A stretch of DNA of 64,000 bases, from assembly GCA_051362555.1 (NCBI GenBank), contig CM120646.1, forward strand, positions 930,001 through 994,000, given 5' to 3'. Origin of the DNA: Lingula anatina. Its lineage: Eukaryota; Animalia; Brachiopoda. Position 1 is the stretch's first letter. Every line of letters begins with the position of its first letter. A model generated the notes under the pieces. That model saw only the letters and a program-made list of their open reading frames with translations, ran no database searches and had not been told where the DNA came from. The translations under genes and the position numbers were made by a program. This document shows positions 1 through 13,406 of this stretch, piece after piece.

Positions 1-27
1 CTATGATATCAGGGAATACTCCAAACC

Positions 28-68
<41 letters not shown>

Positions 69-374
69 CCATTCAAATCCATCACGTAAATTATTTCAGG
101 AAATTAGGAAATAAAGACAACCATTTAGGTACAGTTTTCCAGAAGTACTAAAGACACGGCCACTGAAAGTGCGTCAGTTTCTTAATTAAAGCGTTAATCA
201 TTTCTTAAGTCAGCCTTTAATTATATAGAGAGGAAAGATAAAGGAAGTGTGGTTTTCTCAAACCATACCCTTTCAATATCCGCTCGATCTCCATAAAGGA
301 TATATGATCTGTATTTGACCACTCTATTCCTTTGTACTCAAAGTTACAAGAATATGAATATGCCATGCCTTTAA

Positions 375-655
375 GACATATTCAAGAGCGGACTTACTGA
401 TTTATGGACTAAATAAAGATGATCGCACTTAATAGCAAGACGCCTAATCTCCTAATGGTCTCCCCACCATCCACACGCGCCTTTAAACGGATTAAATCTG
501 GGCTCCGAGGTTTAATTGCTAGACCCCTGCAGGGACGGCTCGTGTGGAGGCGGGGAGACCAGCAGGGGATTAAGTCGCTATTGCTATTAAGTGGGTCGGC
601 CATATTTGATCCGCGGATCTGTTAGTCCGTGGATCAACGAGTTCTGAATGCGCTC
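375..655. mobile_element. Harbinger-like MITE, family B
   Basis: Flanked by TAA. Right TIR ttagtccg...ttctgaatgcgctc is shared with copies at 21853-22045, 29556-29724, 56605-56777 and a fragment near 54665. Confidence 0.7.
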
Positions 656-776
656 TAAGAATGTGAAAACTTGCCAATAAAAGATAGGTAGGGGACCTAT
701 GAAGACGAGCTCAGCAGCAGACATTGCGAGGCTGTATGTAATTGGCTAACGGAATCCAAAACGAGTACACGTTTTA

Positions 777-968
777 GGGACCGTTCACATGGAAAGTCTA
801 TTTTCTAAAAATCTATCTTCTATTCGCGGTATCTTGTGATCACGGTCTGTGCCCTGAATATCCCGCGGCCTAATTACTGGCAGCGTGAGCCAGTCTCTTC
901 CGTGATCACAAGATACCGCGAATATAAAATAGATTTTTAGAAAATAGACTTTTCATGTGAACGGTGCC
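777..968. mobile_element. PIF/Harbinger-like MITE, family A
   Basis: Long TIRs (gg.accgttcacatg.aaagtctattttctaaaaatct) and TTA TSD. Relatives at ~25850-26035, ~40136-40260 and 41581-41738. Confidence 0.8.
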
Positions 969-3952
969 TTAGATGTTGTCACCGTGACTGCCGATAGACA
1001 AATTGCAAAATAGAACCAATGGCTACGTTATAGGTGTAGAAATGAAAACGAGAACCCGCGAGAATTTACGTTGACCAAAATCGTTCCCAGGCCCTCTGGC
1101 GGTTGACCCTCAGAGTTGAATTATCCAAATAACAACGGGGTCTACTATTGTCTTCCAACAGTAAATCTGCAAATCAATCCACCAAATCAATCCACCAAAG
1201 AGCTGTTTTACATCGACATCACATCTAATTAGTTTTACGTTTGCTCCGCTGCTGATATAGTGTTGTGCAGTACCTGCCTTAACTGAACACTACGTTTGTT
1301 TACTAAATTAAAAGCTAAATCACGGTTTTAACAGCGGCGACAGTGTCTACTGCTACCCTCTACCAGGGTGGCAGATTATACAGGGTAAAATTCGCAAAGC
1401 CAGAGTTAGTAAAATGACCGTCTATTTATCTAAAAACATATCTATGAAAATCCCGTGAAAAGTCAATCTGTGGCCCTGGTACAGGGTAGCCTGTCGATGT
1501 GAGGGACCAACGCTGCCCATCGTAACCCCCCTTTCATTATCACTGTCGGGGGCTGCGCACTTGCGCGTAAGATGTAGAAAGCGCAAGCTATTAAAGTGTA
1601 AGTTTTTGTAATGGCTACACGGTACATGTAACAACAAATTCACCTCTGTTTCATCAACGGCATACACTTTTCATGTACTAATGTACCTTTCTTGTGTTTT
1701 CTTATTTAGACTGAGGGCGATTTGGGTTTCCCTTTGGTATATCCTCAGTTGACGGGCTGATTTGAGTACAGTCTGAAGTATTGATTCCACCGTCTAAGTT
1801 ACACGCAACTTTAATATCCGTTATAAATTATTTAGAACACAGTTATTGATAGTGTGTATTCTTTTCAAATTAAAAAAGATATCTCGAAATCTTTCAATCA
1901 TTGTCAGAAATGATAAGTGATATCAAGTGGAATCTTTCCGGAACAAATGCATTGCAGTTTATCTGGTGAAAAGCGGACATGCCTTGAATTGAGAATTATT
2001 AATGACGTCACCCGGCTGAGCATTTTGGTCATTTCTCTTTTATCGTAAGCGACCACAGTTATTTGTAAGCGAAAGAGATCTTGGACAAATGGGCGATCGT
2101 TTTCCATTAGAGCCAGGTACAATACTATGTATTGTCACTGGAACGGGGATACATTTTGTCGATCTAAGTTAAACCAGTCAAAGTGGCCAAGAAGGCGACA
2201 GTGAGACTAGCTTTGATTTTGATTCTGGAGAAAGAGGGAGATCCCAGTAAAGAGTACACCTATTAACTGGTAGGTACAATGTGCATGCAACAGTATTTGA
2301 GTATATGACCATAACTGACTCTGTATAGGTATCTTTTAAGATAAAAATCCAATTAATTAATTAATTAACCCTAGTGTTTGTTCTTCAGGGAGGTACCGGT
2401 AGTTAAAAAGGAGACGAATATACATGCCACGAACGAAGTCCAATATTGTAGTATCACACACACGTACGCACGTGGGCACACACGCGCGCGCGCTCGCTTA
2501 CGAAGCTATGGACCACTAAGTTTTTTCCACTTATGAACGAGATTTTAGGTTTAGGTCTCTCAAAAATGGTAAGAAAAAACGGCCAATAAGTGTAACAGCC
2601 AAGTCAGGATAACCGTTATCCTCGCGATAATAATTATAACCTATATGTCTGGATACGAGTTCCAATTAGTCGTGGTGTTAGTAATTGTAAAATATTGACA
2701 GGATGCGATTAAATACAAACACACGCAGTGAGAAATGTCGTTACTAGCAGCGACTGGCAAAAATATTTTATTGTTTTGGGTATGACATAACAGAATCACT
2801 GACACTTAATGTCAAGTGTACGCAGGGTTCTACTAGAGTGTTAACGCTGTTGAATGTCTTAAGAGCCTGAACACAAGTGTACAAGCTGTGAGTAAGTACC
2901 TTTGTAGTTGATTTCACGGAGCAAATATACCATCATACTTCTTGAGCGCCGAATACCGGCTGTGCAATATTAATATCTTGACTTGGGAAATGACGCTGAC
3001 ATTCTGAAAATGTCAAGCGTTCATCTGCTGTTCAGGTATGTTAAGTTGTGTCTCATGACCTGTCTGAAATCGTGAAAGTTTTGTCCCTGCGGAATGAAGT
3101 AGCCTTCACTGTGCCTTGGGCCTGTTGATGGCAAAGAAATGAATTCTCTTGGAAATTTCAGCAGTATGCCCTTTATCGGTAACGTGTACCCGATCCAAAG
3201 CCTGTTAAATCTCACGATCTTAAAAGGGCGATTTTACTTTAAATTTCCTATCTTTAACGTCACTAGTGAAAGCCACCATTTTCCTATCTTAATTAAGAGA
3301 GTGACTTAAACACTAGTTACTAAATAATATTGTATAGATAGAGTGCCGAAATTACACATTAAAATCGATGTACCACACCTGTACACTACTCTTTACCAGG
3401 CCACAAACAACACAAACTTTTTTCACGGATATGTTTCTGGTTAACTCATTCTACTGTTACAGAAAAGAGTACATAATTAATCTGCAGCCCTGGCAGAGTT
3501 TACACAGTTTGAAAGAAGGATAATGTTTATTGAAAATGGAATCGATTATTGTCACTGACATTTGATTCGTTACAAAGGTTCCTCTTCTCTCACATGAAAG
3601 CAACACAAAACCTGCGTGTAGGCCTACCTTTCACAAACACGAGAGGTCGCAAGAAAAAAAAGGGACGTCGTGAACTGGGTGACCTCTCCATGAATTCCTC
3701 CAATCACCACTTCTCGTGATGTCACACTAGAGCGAGAATTGGAAACCCAGTTGAAGTAATCCGAATATAGATCACGCTGATTGTCTTGAAGTCAAACTCT
3801 ACATTCAACAATTAACATACTTGAATGTTCAAAAGCTAACAAGAAAGCATTTGTTCAGTTACATGTAGCAAAGCGTTTTTTTAATTGCCTTCGAAGGTGG
3901 AGATAGCACGCAATAATAATAATAATAATGATAAAAATAATAATAATAATAA

Positions 3953-4015
<63 letters not shown>

Positions 4016-7000
4016 ATGGTAATGACAGTAAATAAACGAAAAAAAAAGAAAAAATATATAAATAGTGTTGTACAATATACTTTATAAAGAATATACAAGT
4101 AAACTGGGATCATTTGTGCATTTCTAATTAATCATTTGCGTTTTCTCATAACTTTACTTATAATAGTTAAATACTGATCTTAAGACCATATAAAATCACC
4201 AGCAAATCTTTTAAGGCCAACGCACAGAAAACAAAGGGGGAAGGGGGGGGGGGTCATTTTCATACACTATCTTACGTGTAGCCCTGACATCACACGTGTC
4301 TGGCGTGAGTTGTACCTTGTATTGAGCCCCCTGGGAATATTGTAGGAGTGGTTAATTAAAGAATTGCATGTTTATAATTAGATTACACTTTTTTTGAAGT
4401 CAATCTCGTCCTTTTTACCTCACAGTATGGTATATTTTGGTGCCCCACACGAGAATATAACCTGACGATTGTAGGCGCGCCAAAGAAAGCCCTAAGGGGT
4501 TAGTAAGGATTGGGAATTACGAGACAAACATACTTTTATTCTTGCTGCACTTAATGGCGCCATCCCATATACGCTTCTTCATTTCAATAAGGATATATTT
4601 AGGAATAAAAAATGTCCATCATTACATTTTCGAGGTGATCGCTGTACTGTAGATCGTAACAACGTCTTTGAAGGTTTTCCATCTTCTCAGACTGGTTGTT
4701 CATCTTTCATAAAGGTGAAATGAGGGGAGACAGTTGACATTTCTTGGAAAATTATTGTTTTGCAACGTGAACGTTCAACGCTCCTTGTGTGACTGTAACT
4801 ATCATCCTGCAAGATCACGTTTTTTTCAGCTTACTTGGCAAGCGGACTAATAGCCCGGGCATTCATCTAACACACAAGACAAATAACGCAATCTCGAAGC
4901 AGGGACAGTGTTTCTAACCATAAAAGAGTGCGCAGCGTGCGTTTTATTGGTTAACTCAGGTTATTTGGAAGAGATAAAAATTCTGACAACAAATATGTTT
5001 TTTGCTTCTTCTTCACATTTTACTTGTAAGCTTGAGGCTAAATGTAGCGTCACTTTCCTGACTAGATGTGGCATTACATTACCTACGTTTCCGTTCTAAT
5101 TATTTCCTCTCTACTGTAAATTAGGCTTGTGGTATATCTGGCAGACTTGTAGTAGGGCCTACGTTATTCTCCTTAATTAGAAGAAATGACATTTTGGATA
5201 ATCTCGCATTTTGTAAGCCTTAATAAAAATTGATTGGTTTCATTTAGGTCTCAACTAATTGTTTTTAGTGGTCGGCGACCAGTTGCTACAACTTATTTGC
5301 CAAGTGGTTTCCAAAAGAACGCCTGGTTATTATATAGTCACGCCGGTTTTTGGTGCATCATCGAAAAACCTGCAGGCGACCTAAAGAACAATTTGTGGTA
5401 TCCAACCGGTTGCTAATAGGTCGTTGATCGAACTGCAACTGGTATGCAACTGATCGTGCGGTTTTCCCTTTGTCTCTTTATCCCCAAGCGTTTACCACTT
5501 ACAATACAAAGTAATTAAATCGTGACAGGTCGTGCGCATCGTGTCCTTTTTCCTTTCTCATCCTTGGATACCAAGCACTGGATGGACGTTAAGTTGCATA
5601 AACTGAAACTTTTTATTAATGATTCTTTGACATTTGAAACGATATCTGACATTATTTATAGATAATTTTAATGGTTGAAAATACGATAATAGTTAAGAAT
5701 TATACATCCGTTTTTTTCTGCAAGAGGTTAGATTCCGGTGTCACTGTAGCTGTATGATGGTTTTTGTGATAGTTATACACTTTATTCACATTTTAGACTG
5801 TCAGCACATCTGCACATGATACATCTCTCCAGTGTGCTTTGATACTTCAAAATGTCAAATGCAATTGACATTCACTACTGTGCGGATAAATCCACACAAT
5901 TATCGCTGTCTCGCGTATATTCCCTTATTTGAACAGTTAATACAATACCCCAGTGATGAGCGTTTATTGATTTAACACTACGAAACAAAAAATACAAAAG
6001 CTAAATTGAAATTAAAGCCGCATTCTCCTTCCGATTGTGTAAGGTTCATAATGAATTGTGGTTACAAGCTTTACCTCAACGTGCGCGCTGTTTGATTAAA
6101 TCACGATATTGAAACGGGGAATAGATGTAAAGTATTCTTGGATTGGGGTTTGGGTGGAGTAGAAATTGAAAACGTTCGGTTGATCACTGGTAACATGACT
6201 AGCCCATTGAAGCACTCTAATACTTCCAGGGTTGAAGCCAAGGGATCGCGATAAATGACGGCGGTGATTATTGATTGACTTGGACAGTATTCGTTCGCAC
6301 GGATCACACACATACCATATCGCTAGGGCATTTAGGAAGTGTACGCGTTAAGTATGTAAAATATCTGGAGTCCACTGTGGCTTTCTTGATGTATTTAATT
6401 CCAGATTTGATTGGAAAAAACATGCCACAGTTTGCTTTATTATCGAATACTTAAAAACATTGGCTCTTAGGTTTTCGCATTGCCCAGGACAAATCAGTAA
6501 TTTAAACAGAATCGGAGACAATTTGTAACATTATCTACCCACCACTGTTGCATAGATTGCGTAGAAACTGTTGTGCATCCGTGAAACACACACTAGTCGG
6601 GGTAAGACTGGAGTGATACGTTACTATCGATAATCAGGGGAAATTACGTTATTCGTGGTTCTTGCGTGTCCCAGAATCCTTTACATTCTCAATACAAAAC
6701 AAATCACCGTAAGCAAAATTTAGAATGAATGCACTTACTTACCAATACACAATAGAAAAAAACACAGCTCAGCAGATTATGAAATACTGAATTCGTATGT
6801 TTCGGTAATAAAACAAAAGAAATGTTCAAAAAAATGTCCTTTATGCTGGGAATTCGAATTCCCGAGAGAAGCACAGAAGCCCTTTCTTCCATTATTAATA
6901 TTTGTGATAGATAACAATGAGAAAACCTTCAGGTTCGAGACATTAGTATCAACGTTAATAGGATTTACTTAGAGAGCTTCCCTTCAAGCTTTGATAAATA

Positions 7001-7791
7001 TTATCTTACTTGATAAAATACACCAGTTTGGCAGGCGATCAGTCCTAAGCTAGGCGTAAATTGTGTTAAAGATGCTTTCACCAAAAACACCTTGGGCGAT
7101 TAGCAATCCTCCTCGGATCTGTTTCCTATTTATGTATGAATTATAAATGAGAAAATACGACTACATTCGAGCAATCTAAAACAAATAAAAGCCTTTATTG
7201 GCCACTAAGTGTTTCAATGGGAATGAAGCCATGCATACGTGATCTGGATGATAACAGTGAGAATTTAAAGGCTATCAATGAGGGACAGGTGGCCAAAATT
7301 TTTATGGAAGAATAAAAATACTTTTCTGGTTTATTTTAAACAAATGTAGGCCTAGTGTTCAGTCCCTGCCTTACCCGTTCCCCCCACCCCTTTTTCCAGG
7401 AAAATTGCGACCTTTAGTTGAGAATCATCACAATTTCGCTACGAGGGTCCAAATTAAAGAAAGAGAATGTCATTTTGACCTGTATATATAGCGCTGCATT
7501 GCCAGATGTAACATGACGGAGAGTCCCATATGATAGAGAGTCCGCTTCCCATTCATTTGTACAGGTAAGCCTCGCTCTAGATTTTGACCCACTTAGGTCA
7601 GGCTAACCCTAACCATTATAAATAAATGGAGGGCGGATTTTACTGGTTCACGGACCCTCAGTTTCGTTACACCGGAATCTCAGAAATTCCTAGCGTGAGG
7701 CTGAGGCAATTTCTGTCGTGCAGAATTGAGGGCCGCGTGTGGAAATTGACGCAAAGTTCTGTCTGAGAAAAACCAGAAGGCACGCAGCACA

Positions 7792-8013
7792 TATATAAGA
7801 AGTTGGATCAGCGCTCAGGAATACGTTTATTTCTGAAGAAAGCTGAAGGGAGCAAGCACCTGTGGCGCGGAGATTTTTCCTTACGTTGAAACCGTCGTGA
7901 GCTGAAAGACAAGGGAGAGACTGTGAGATCAGGTATCAGTCCTTGCACATATTAAAGCAATGGACCATAGTTCCTCCATATCAAACGATGGTTGAATTTT
8001 CAGTTGTGTGAGT
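7792..8013 (+). promoter_or_regulatory. Candidate TATA promoter and non-coding first exon of the GPCR
   Basis: TATATAA at 7792, TGACGCA (CRE-like) at ~7748 and donor gtgagt at 8008, which could pair with the acceptor at 9967. Confidence 0.3.
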
Positions 8014-9588
8014 AACGAAATGTAATGTAGGCCTATTTGGCTTATGCTTTTTGAAACAAGTTCGCATAAATATTAAAAAAAGAACTTAAAAAGTGAAGGG
8101 GTAATTGACTCAAAGTGAGCCAAGTTTTCGGAGTGAACAACATGACTTTTCTGCACTGTGTGGATATTATATCCTCAGTATATCCGATAACTGCCATCAT
8201 GATACACCTGTCGTCGTACGGGTAATCGATATGTGGTTGACCACTTGAAGAACTAGCTCTTATACAGGTACACCTAATAAACTGGGGACATTTTAGCGTA
8301 TTCATGACAGGCGCAACGGAGGCGAGCGAGGCACGGCTTATGACGCAGTCTTGACAAGGATAGAGATAAAAGGCGGCAAATGAAGCGTGGGGGAACGAGG
8401 CTTTTTACCGACGTAAATAAGGTGGTCATAATTTGAATGGAGAAGTATTTGCATCTGGTCGTTTTAGCAGGTCTTCCTTTACATAAGCACTATTTAAACA
8501 GAACATTCAGTTAGGTCCGTGTCAAGCAACACACAGTCCTTCCATTGTAGAGCCACTTGGATGCGCTGTTTTAAAACTGAAAGTCCGGTGTCAAGAAACG
8601 TAGTTTCCGTGTAACAGAGAACCCGCCCTCCATTAGATCCAAAGGTAAGATATAGCGTGATTTATTGGGTGAATTTGTAGGGAGGAGACCTGTACAAATT
8701 AATAGGAACCGGTCCGGTGTGGCAGAAAAAGAAGTCCGCTGGGAACCGTAGTCCGTTCCCCAATACTTTGTACAGTTGAGATTCGTCACATATACTAACA
8801 CTAATTCTCCGACTCAATTTAACTTGCAATTACCATATAGGACCCCAGGCTTTCATTCCTAGGACTTCCATTCACGCCGACTAGGAATTCCTGTCGTACC
8901 GACAGTCACTATCACGGAGGACTCTCTGGTACCGGGTAACCGCCACACTTTTTCGTAACAGCGTCACACTTAAAATTTTACCGTAACCACTTGGAACTCA
9001 AAGACCGCAACCGGAAAGATCCATGAGAAGAAAGCTAAAGGCGAACAAAGGGTCCTGTTCCTTAAATAACTGAAGAAAAATACAGGAATATTAATCAACA
9101 CACAGAGAAAAATATGGGACGCAGCAAGGAACTGGACGCTGAAACTGGTACCATAAGTCGTTGAGGGTCGTATCGAGCATACAGACAGAGAGAGAAAAGC
9201 ACCTATGGCCTATTTTTCCTCCATTTTTGCTGAAACTTTAAATTAAATATCCTTAAAACTTGGAGAATAATTATCATACGTGATTAATATATACTGATAT
9301 ATTATACATCTATCAGTGTGTATAATTCGTTCTTAGAGTAGACCTAATAATCAAAATGGCAATGGCAATAAAAGAAAAAATCCAACTACAATTATATGAT
9401 TCTGTTTTGTAATAGAACCAGATAATAACAGCAAACAACCCTCAGAGACTTCAGTGATTTCATGTATTTTGAAAGTTATGCCAGGTACGATGGGCCTACA
9501 GTGCCTTGGGAAACCACAGAATTTAAATATTTTATGAAGTTTTAATTGTGACATTCACTTTGCAGCTGGTTAGTCTGTCCATTGTGAA

Positions 9589-9821
9589 CGCCAAGGAGGT
9601 TATGTTTTCACCCCTGTTTGTCTGTCTGTTTGTTTGTCTGTCTGTCATCAACATAACTCAAAAAGTAATGGACCGATTTTGATGAATTTTCAGGAACTGT
9701 CAGAAGTGGGCCAAGGAAGAGATGTTTAGTGTTGGTGGTGATCCAGATCAATAATCAATCAATAAAAATTAAAAATCGCTGCATTGGCGGAGGTCTGCGC
9801 TCTCGGAGTGCTTTTCTAGTT
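9589..9821 (+). mobile_element. Short HINE/DINE-like element
   Basis: cgccaaggaggttatgttttc start, (GTCT/GTTT)n microsatellite, ttggcggagg subTIR, small palindrome and ttctagtt end. A degenerate relative lies at ~53900-54110. Confidence 0.75.
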
Positions 9822-10088
9822 TATTGATGAATTTGACTTTATTTCAGAATCAAGTAACACTTCGTAAATTTATTGAAATATTTGCTGAGCATCGTTATGA
9901 CACAATTTCTATATTTATAAAGCTTTTTTCAATACAATGGCTAAATCAATTATTCTTTTACTTTTAGAAAAATGTTCAGAAAACTCAAGGTGCATCAGTT
10001 CCAACAATCGGAACGAAAACTTATAATTAGCGGCACCAAGTGATTACTGCGTAAAACTCTCAGGATCAACAAGACTCTGCTAGCAAAG

Positions 10089-11465
10089 ATGGCGGACATG
10101 CAAGAAAATCACACTGGAGTGGTCCACCTGATGGATCACGTGATGTCCCACAGCAACAACGATAACGACACGGACCAATACAAGCACTTCTACTTCATAG
10201 CGAGGCAAATCACGGGACTCTACGTGTTTCCAGTCCTGTGTACCTTTGGTATTATTGGGAGCATTCTAACCCTTGTGGTTCTCAGTCAAAAACCCATGAG
10301 GTCGTCAACAAACGTGTACCTCTCAGCCCTAGCCGTGTCAGATATGATTAAGTTAATCAATGACTTTCTGTACTTCATGACCGTCTTTCTGTACGTCACG
10401 TCGCCTGCCACGGGGCAAAAGATGTACGCCTATCTCTACCCGTTTTCACACTTCGTCTTTCAAATGTCTGTGTGTGTGTCTTCGTGGTTGCTGGTCTCCG
10501 TGGCTGTGGAGAGGTACGTGTTGGTGTGTCATGCCATGTGGGGTAAAACCATGTGTACCACGCAGAGAGCTACGGTGGTCAGTGTCGTCATTTACCTTGT
10601 CATGTCAGGAATCGCCATCCCATCCGCTCTCCGATATAAAACAGTCAAGGTGTTCGACAACTCCACGGGGATGTATCACTTAGACGTGGATCTTACGGAG
10701 TTGTGGAAAAATAAAGAATTTGTCACGGCGTACACGTGGATACAGAATCTGTTGCGCTCAGTGATACCGCTCTTTATTCTAGCCATCATGAACTTCCAAA
10801 TCATCCGCGCTATCAGAGCGACGCGGGCAAATAAGAAACGTTCTCAGCGGCACCGCATCACGGTGATGCTCCTCAGCGTAATTGTGCTGTTCTTGATGTG
10901 CGTCACTCCTGATGCAATCATGTCAACTGTGTTCGAGATCGGCTATCACGAGAACGAGAACTGCCTTGCCAAAGGGATACGTGAAATAACAGACACGTTG
11001 CTATGCGTCAACGCAGCTGTGAATATAATATTGTACAGTGCTTTCAATTCAAAATTTCGCAAATGTTTCTGCATTCTGTTCTGCAAGTGCTGCACGGATG
11101 AGAGAATGGACACGATGGTCAAGGAGGGCCTAAGCACCACGAACGTTCCGGCACGTTTGGCGGTGAACAGAGACGTACGTTACACGCGGTTGTTAGGAAC
11201 AAACGCCTCGTGCCCTGTATTCCTTAACGTGAGCTCTACTGCGACATTCCTTAAATGTGACTCACAAATAGCCCTGACGCCAATCAAGGAGGACTGGAAC
11301 GGGAACTGTGAGCAGAGGGGCACCACGGTGGTCCGGCCGGGACTGAGGAGGCACACGGTGGAACAGTTTCCGTGCACGGCATCCAGCGGCTCCGTGAACT
11401 CCCGGCGGGAATCCGGCTGTAGCAATGGGGTTGTGAAATTTTCAGTCGGTATAGAAGAAGAGTGA
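10089..11465 (+). CDS. Rhodopsin-like (class A) peptide GPCR, FMRFamide/sex-peptide-receptor-like; single coding exon
   Basis: 458-aa ORF with 7 hydrophobic helices, SSTNVYLSALAVSD (TM2), ERY after TM3, FLMCVTP (TM6), NAAVNIILY (TM7), helix 8 and a Cys-rich tail. Acceptor cttttag| at 9967 indicates an upstream non-coding exon. Confidence 0.93.
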   Translation: MADMQENHTGVVHLMDHVMSHSNNDNDTDQYKHFYFIARQITGLYVFPVLCTFGIIGSILTLVVLSQKPMRSSTNVYLSALAVSDMIKLINDFLYFMTVFLYVTSPATGQKMYAYLYPFSHFVFQMSVCVSSWLLVSVAVERYVLVCHAMWGKTMCTTQRATVVSVVIYLVMSGIAIPSALRYKTVKVFDNSTGMYHLDVDLTELWKNKEFVTAYTWIQNLLRSVIPLFILAIMNFQIIRAIRATRANKKRSQRHRITVMLLSVIVLFLMCVTPDAIMSTVFEIGYHENENCLAKGIREITDTLLCVNAAVNIILYSAFNSKFRKCFCILFCKCCTDERMDTMVKEGLSTTNVPARLAVNRDVRYTRLLGTNASCPVFLNVSSTATFLKCDSQIALTPIKEDWNGNCEQRGTTVVRPGLRRHTVEQFPCTASSGSVNSRRESGCSNGVVKFSVGIEEE

Positions 11466-12235
11466 TACTGTTACTGGGTCTAGAAAAACGATATTAAATG
11501 TGCGTGAGAAAATTAGAAGGGGCTTTGTTTTTAATGAAAAAAATGGAAAAGGTCAAGTATTGAGACAATTAATGATGAATGCATTGACATTCCACTGATC
11601 TGCAAGAATGGTGAACAAAAGTTGACTTGAGTCAACTTGGGGATTGCAGTTCTAATTTGGCCCAGTGAGAAAACTGGTTCTGCAACCAGGGGTTGGGCAA
11701 GTTTAAGGGTATCGAGGATGAAAGGTTTGCTGAACGAAGCGAGACAAAAATTCAACAGAAAACGAGGGCAATTTTCAATAACATTATACACAGGAATAGA
11801 GTTTTGTCTCGCTTAATTGTTGCACTGTCGTTTCGGCAGAGAGAAGGGGAATAGCGTCAGAGCTCAGGGAGCACACCTCGACCTTGACCTGCCATTGGTG
11901 ACCTTGACCTGCCATCGGTGAACAATCTGGTCTCGGTTGTATTGTTTTTCAGCACAAATAACTTATTTTCTACTAAAGTAAACACTAAAAGTGTTGGATT
12001 GGATGTTGCAATATTTTTGAAAGAATTGTTGATATATATTGTTTTGAATCTGTTTTTATTTAGACGCTAGTAAGAAAAGGGCGTCGGACAAAGCGCACAA
12101 GACTTTTCTTTGCTCAAATAAAAAGGTCCGATATGCCGTACACGTGAATATGTGATCTTCAACTCATTTTATAAATATTAGTTCAGCATTTGTGGGTACG
12201 TGGGATTTTAGAGTCTATTTAATGTTGTACAACAA

Positions 12236-12502
12236 CAGTGGCGGATTTAGGGGTGTCAGGGGGGTCCTGACCCCCGTCCTCCCTTCGATTTCTGAAAGAA
12301 ATCACACCAATGGTACCCTCATGAAATTATAGAATTTTGACTAGCTGAAACATAGTTTTAAACCGTACCAAATGGCACCGTTCGCCCTCTAAAAGAAAAA
12401 AATTTTTTCGGGGCTCCACGCCAAGGTAGGGGGGGGGGGGTAAGGGTTGGCTTTGCATCCGCAGACCCCCACCCCCTTCAAATAATCCTGGATCCACCCC
12501 TG
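12236..12502. mobile_element. CAG-terminated MITE with 5-bp TSD
   Basis: cagtggcggatttagg / cctggatccacccctg termini with AACAA on both flanks. Relative at 57970-58135. Confidence 0.72.
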
Positions 12503-13234
12503 AACAATACAGAGGTGGTTATTGAGTTCTATGAATTATGAGGGGCAAGAATCAATATTGTAATTTTTGCTTCATATTCCCTGGTACTTTCCTCAAAACC
12601 CTGCACCGAGTAGTCGTATCTTTTGTAATGCTTGAAAATAAACGGATCTTTCTCAAGTGATTGTTGTTATCCTGATCCACAACGTGGGTTTCGTATGCGT
12701 TTTCGTTTATTGAAAAATTGGACAAGGAAAAATCAAATCCATATTAGCCTGTTGAAATAAGCACACTTTCATTATAAAAAGAAGTAACCATTCAATGTAA
12801 TTTTTTTCAATTATCATAAAACTGGATAAAGAAATAGATAAAATTAAATGTATTACTCAAAAGATCAATATCTATATAATAATTTCTTCTCAAAGTATTA
12901 AAACGTAAAGAAATCTTAATGAATATTATGCTGGAAACGTGGACTAGTATATATATTAGCAATAGTTCAAGGTCGCTTAAATCTTTTAAAAAACCGCTGT
13001 ACTTTCAAATTGATCTACGACGACAATACACACTTTTGTTTAATAAAAGGTCATATTGAGCCTAAAGTTACATATGAAGCGAGCGTAGATTTCCTGTAAC
13101 GCATATAAACCATTGTTACTACTGAGTTTCTTATACAACTCAAATAAAGTCGACACGTCAAAGGAAAAACCAAATTTATCACTTGGCCAGCCAAAATATA
13201 ATTATAATATTGCACTTTCTTTGGATTAAACTTG

Positions 13235-13406
13235 CAGGCCCGTAGCCAGGGGGGGGGGGGTTCGGGGGGTTCGAAAGAACCGCCCCTTTTGTTGGGAAAA
13301 AGTCCACTCTGGGTAAAATTTGATCTATGTACATGAAGTTTTTATGGGAAAAGGTCCACTTTTTCAGAAAAAGAACCCCCTTTTTAAATTGCTGGCTACG
13401 GGCCTG
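13235..13406. mobile_element. CAG-terminated MITE
   Basis: Perfect 14-bp TIR caggcccgtagcca; flanks acttg/tcttg. Confidence 0.75.
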
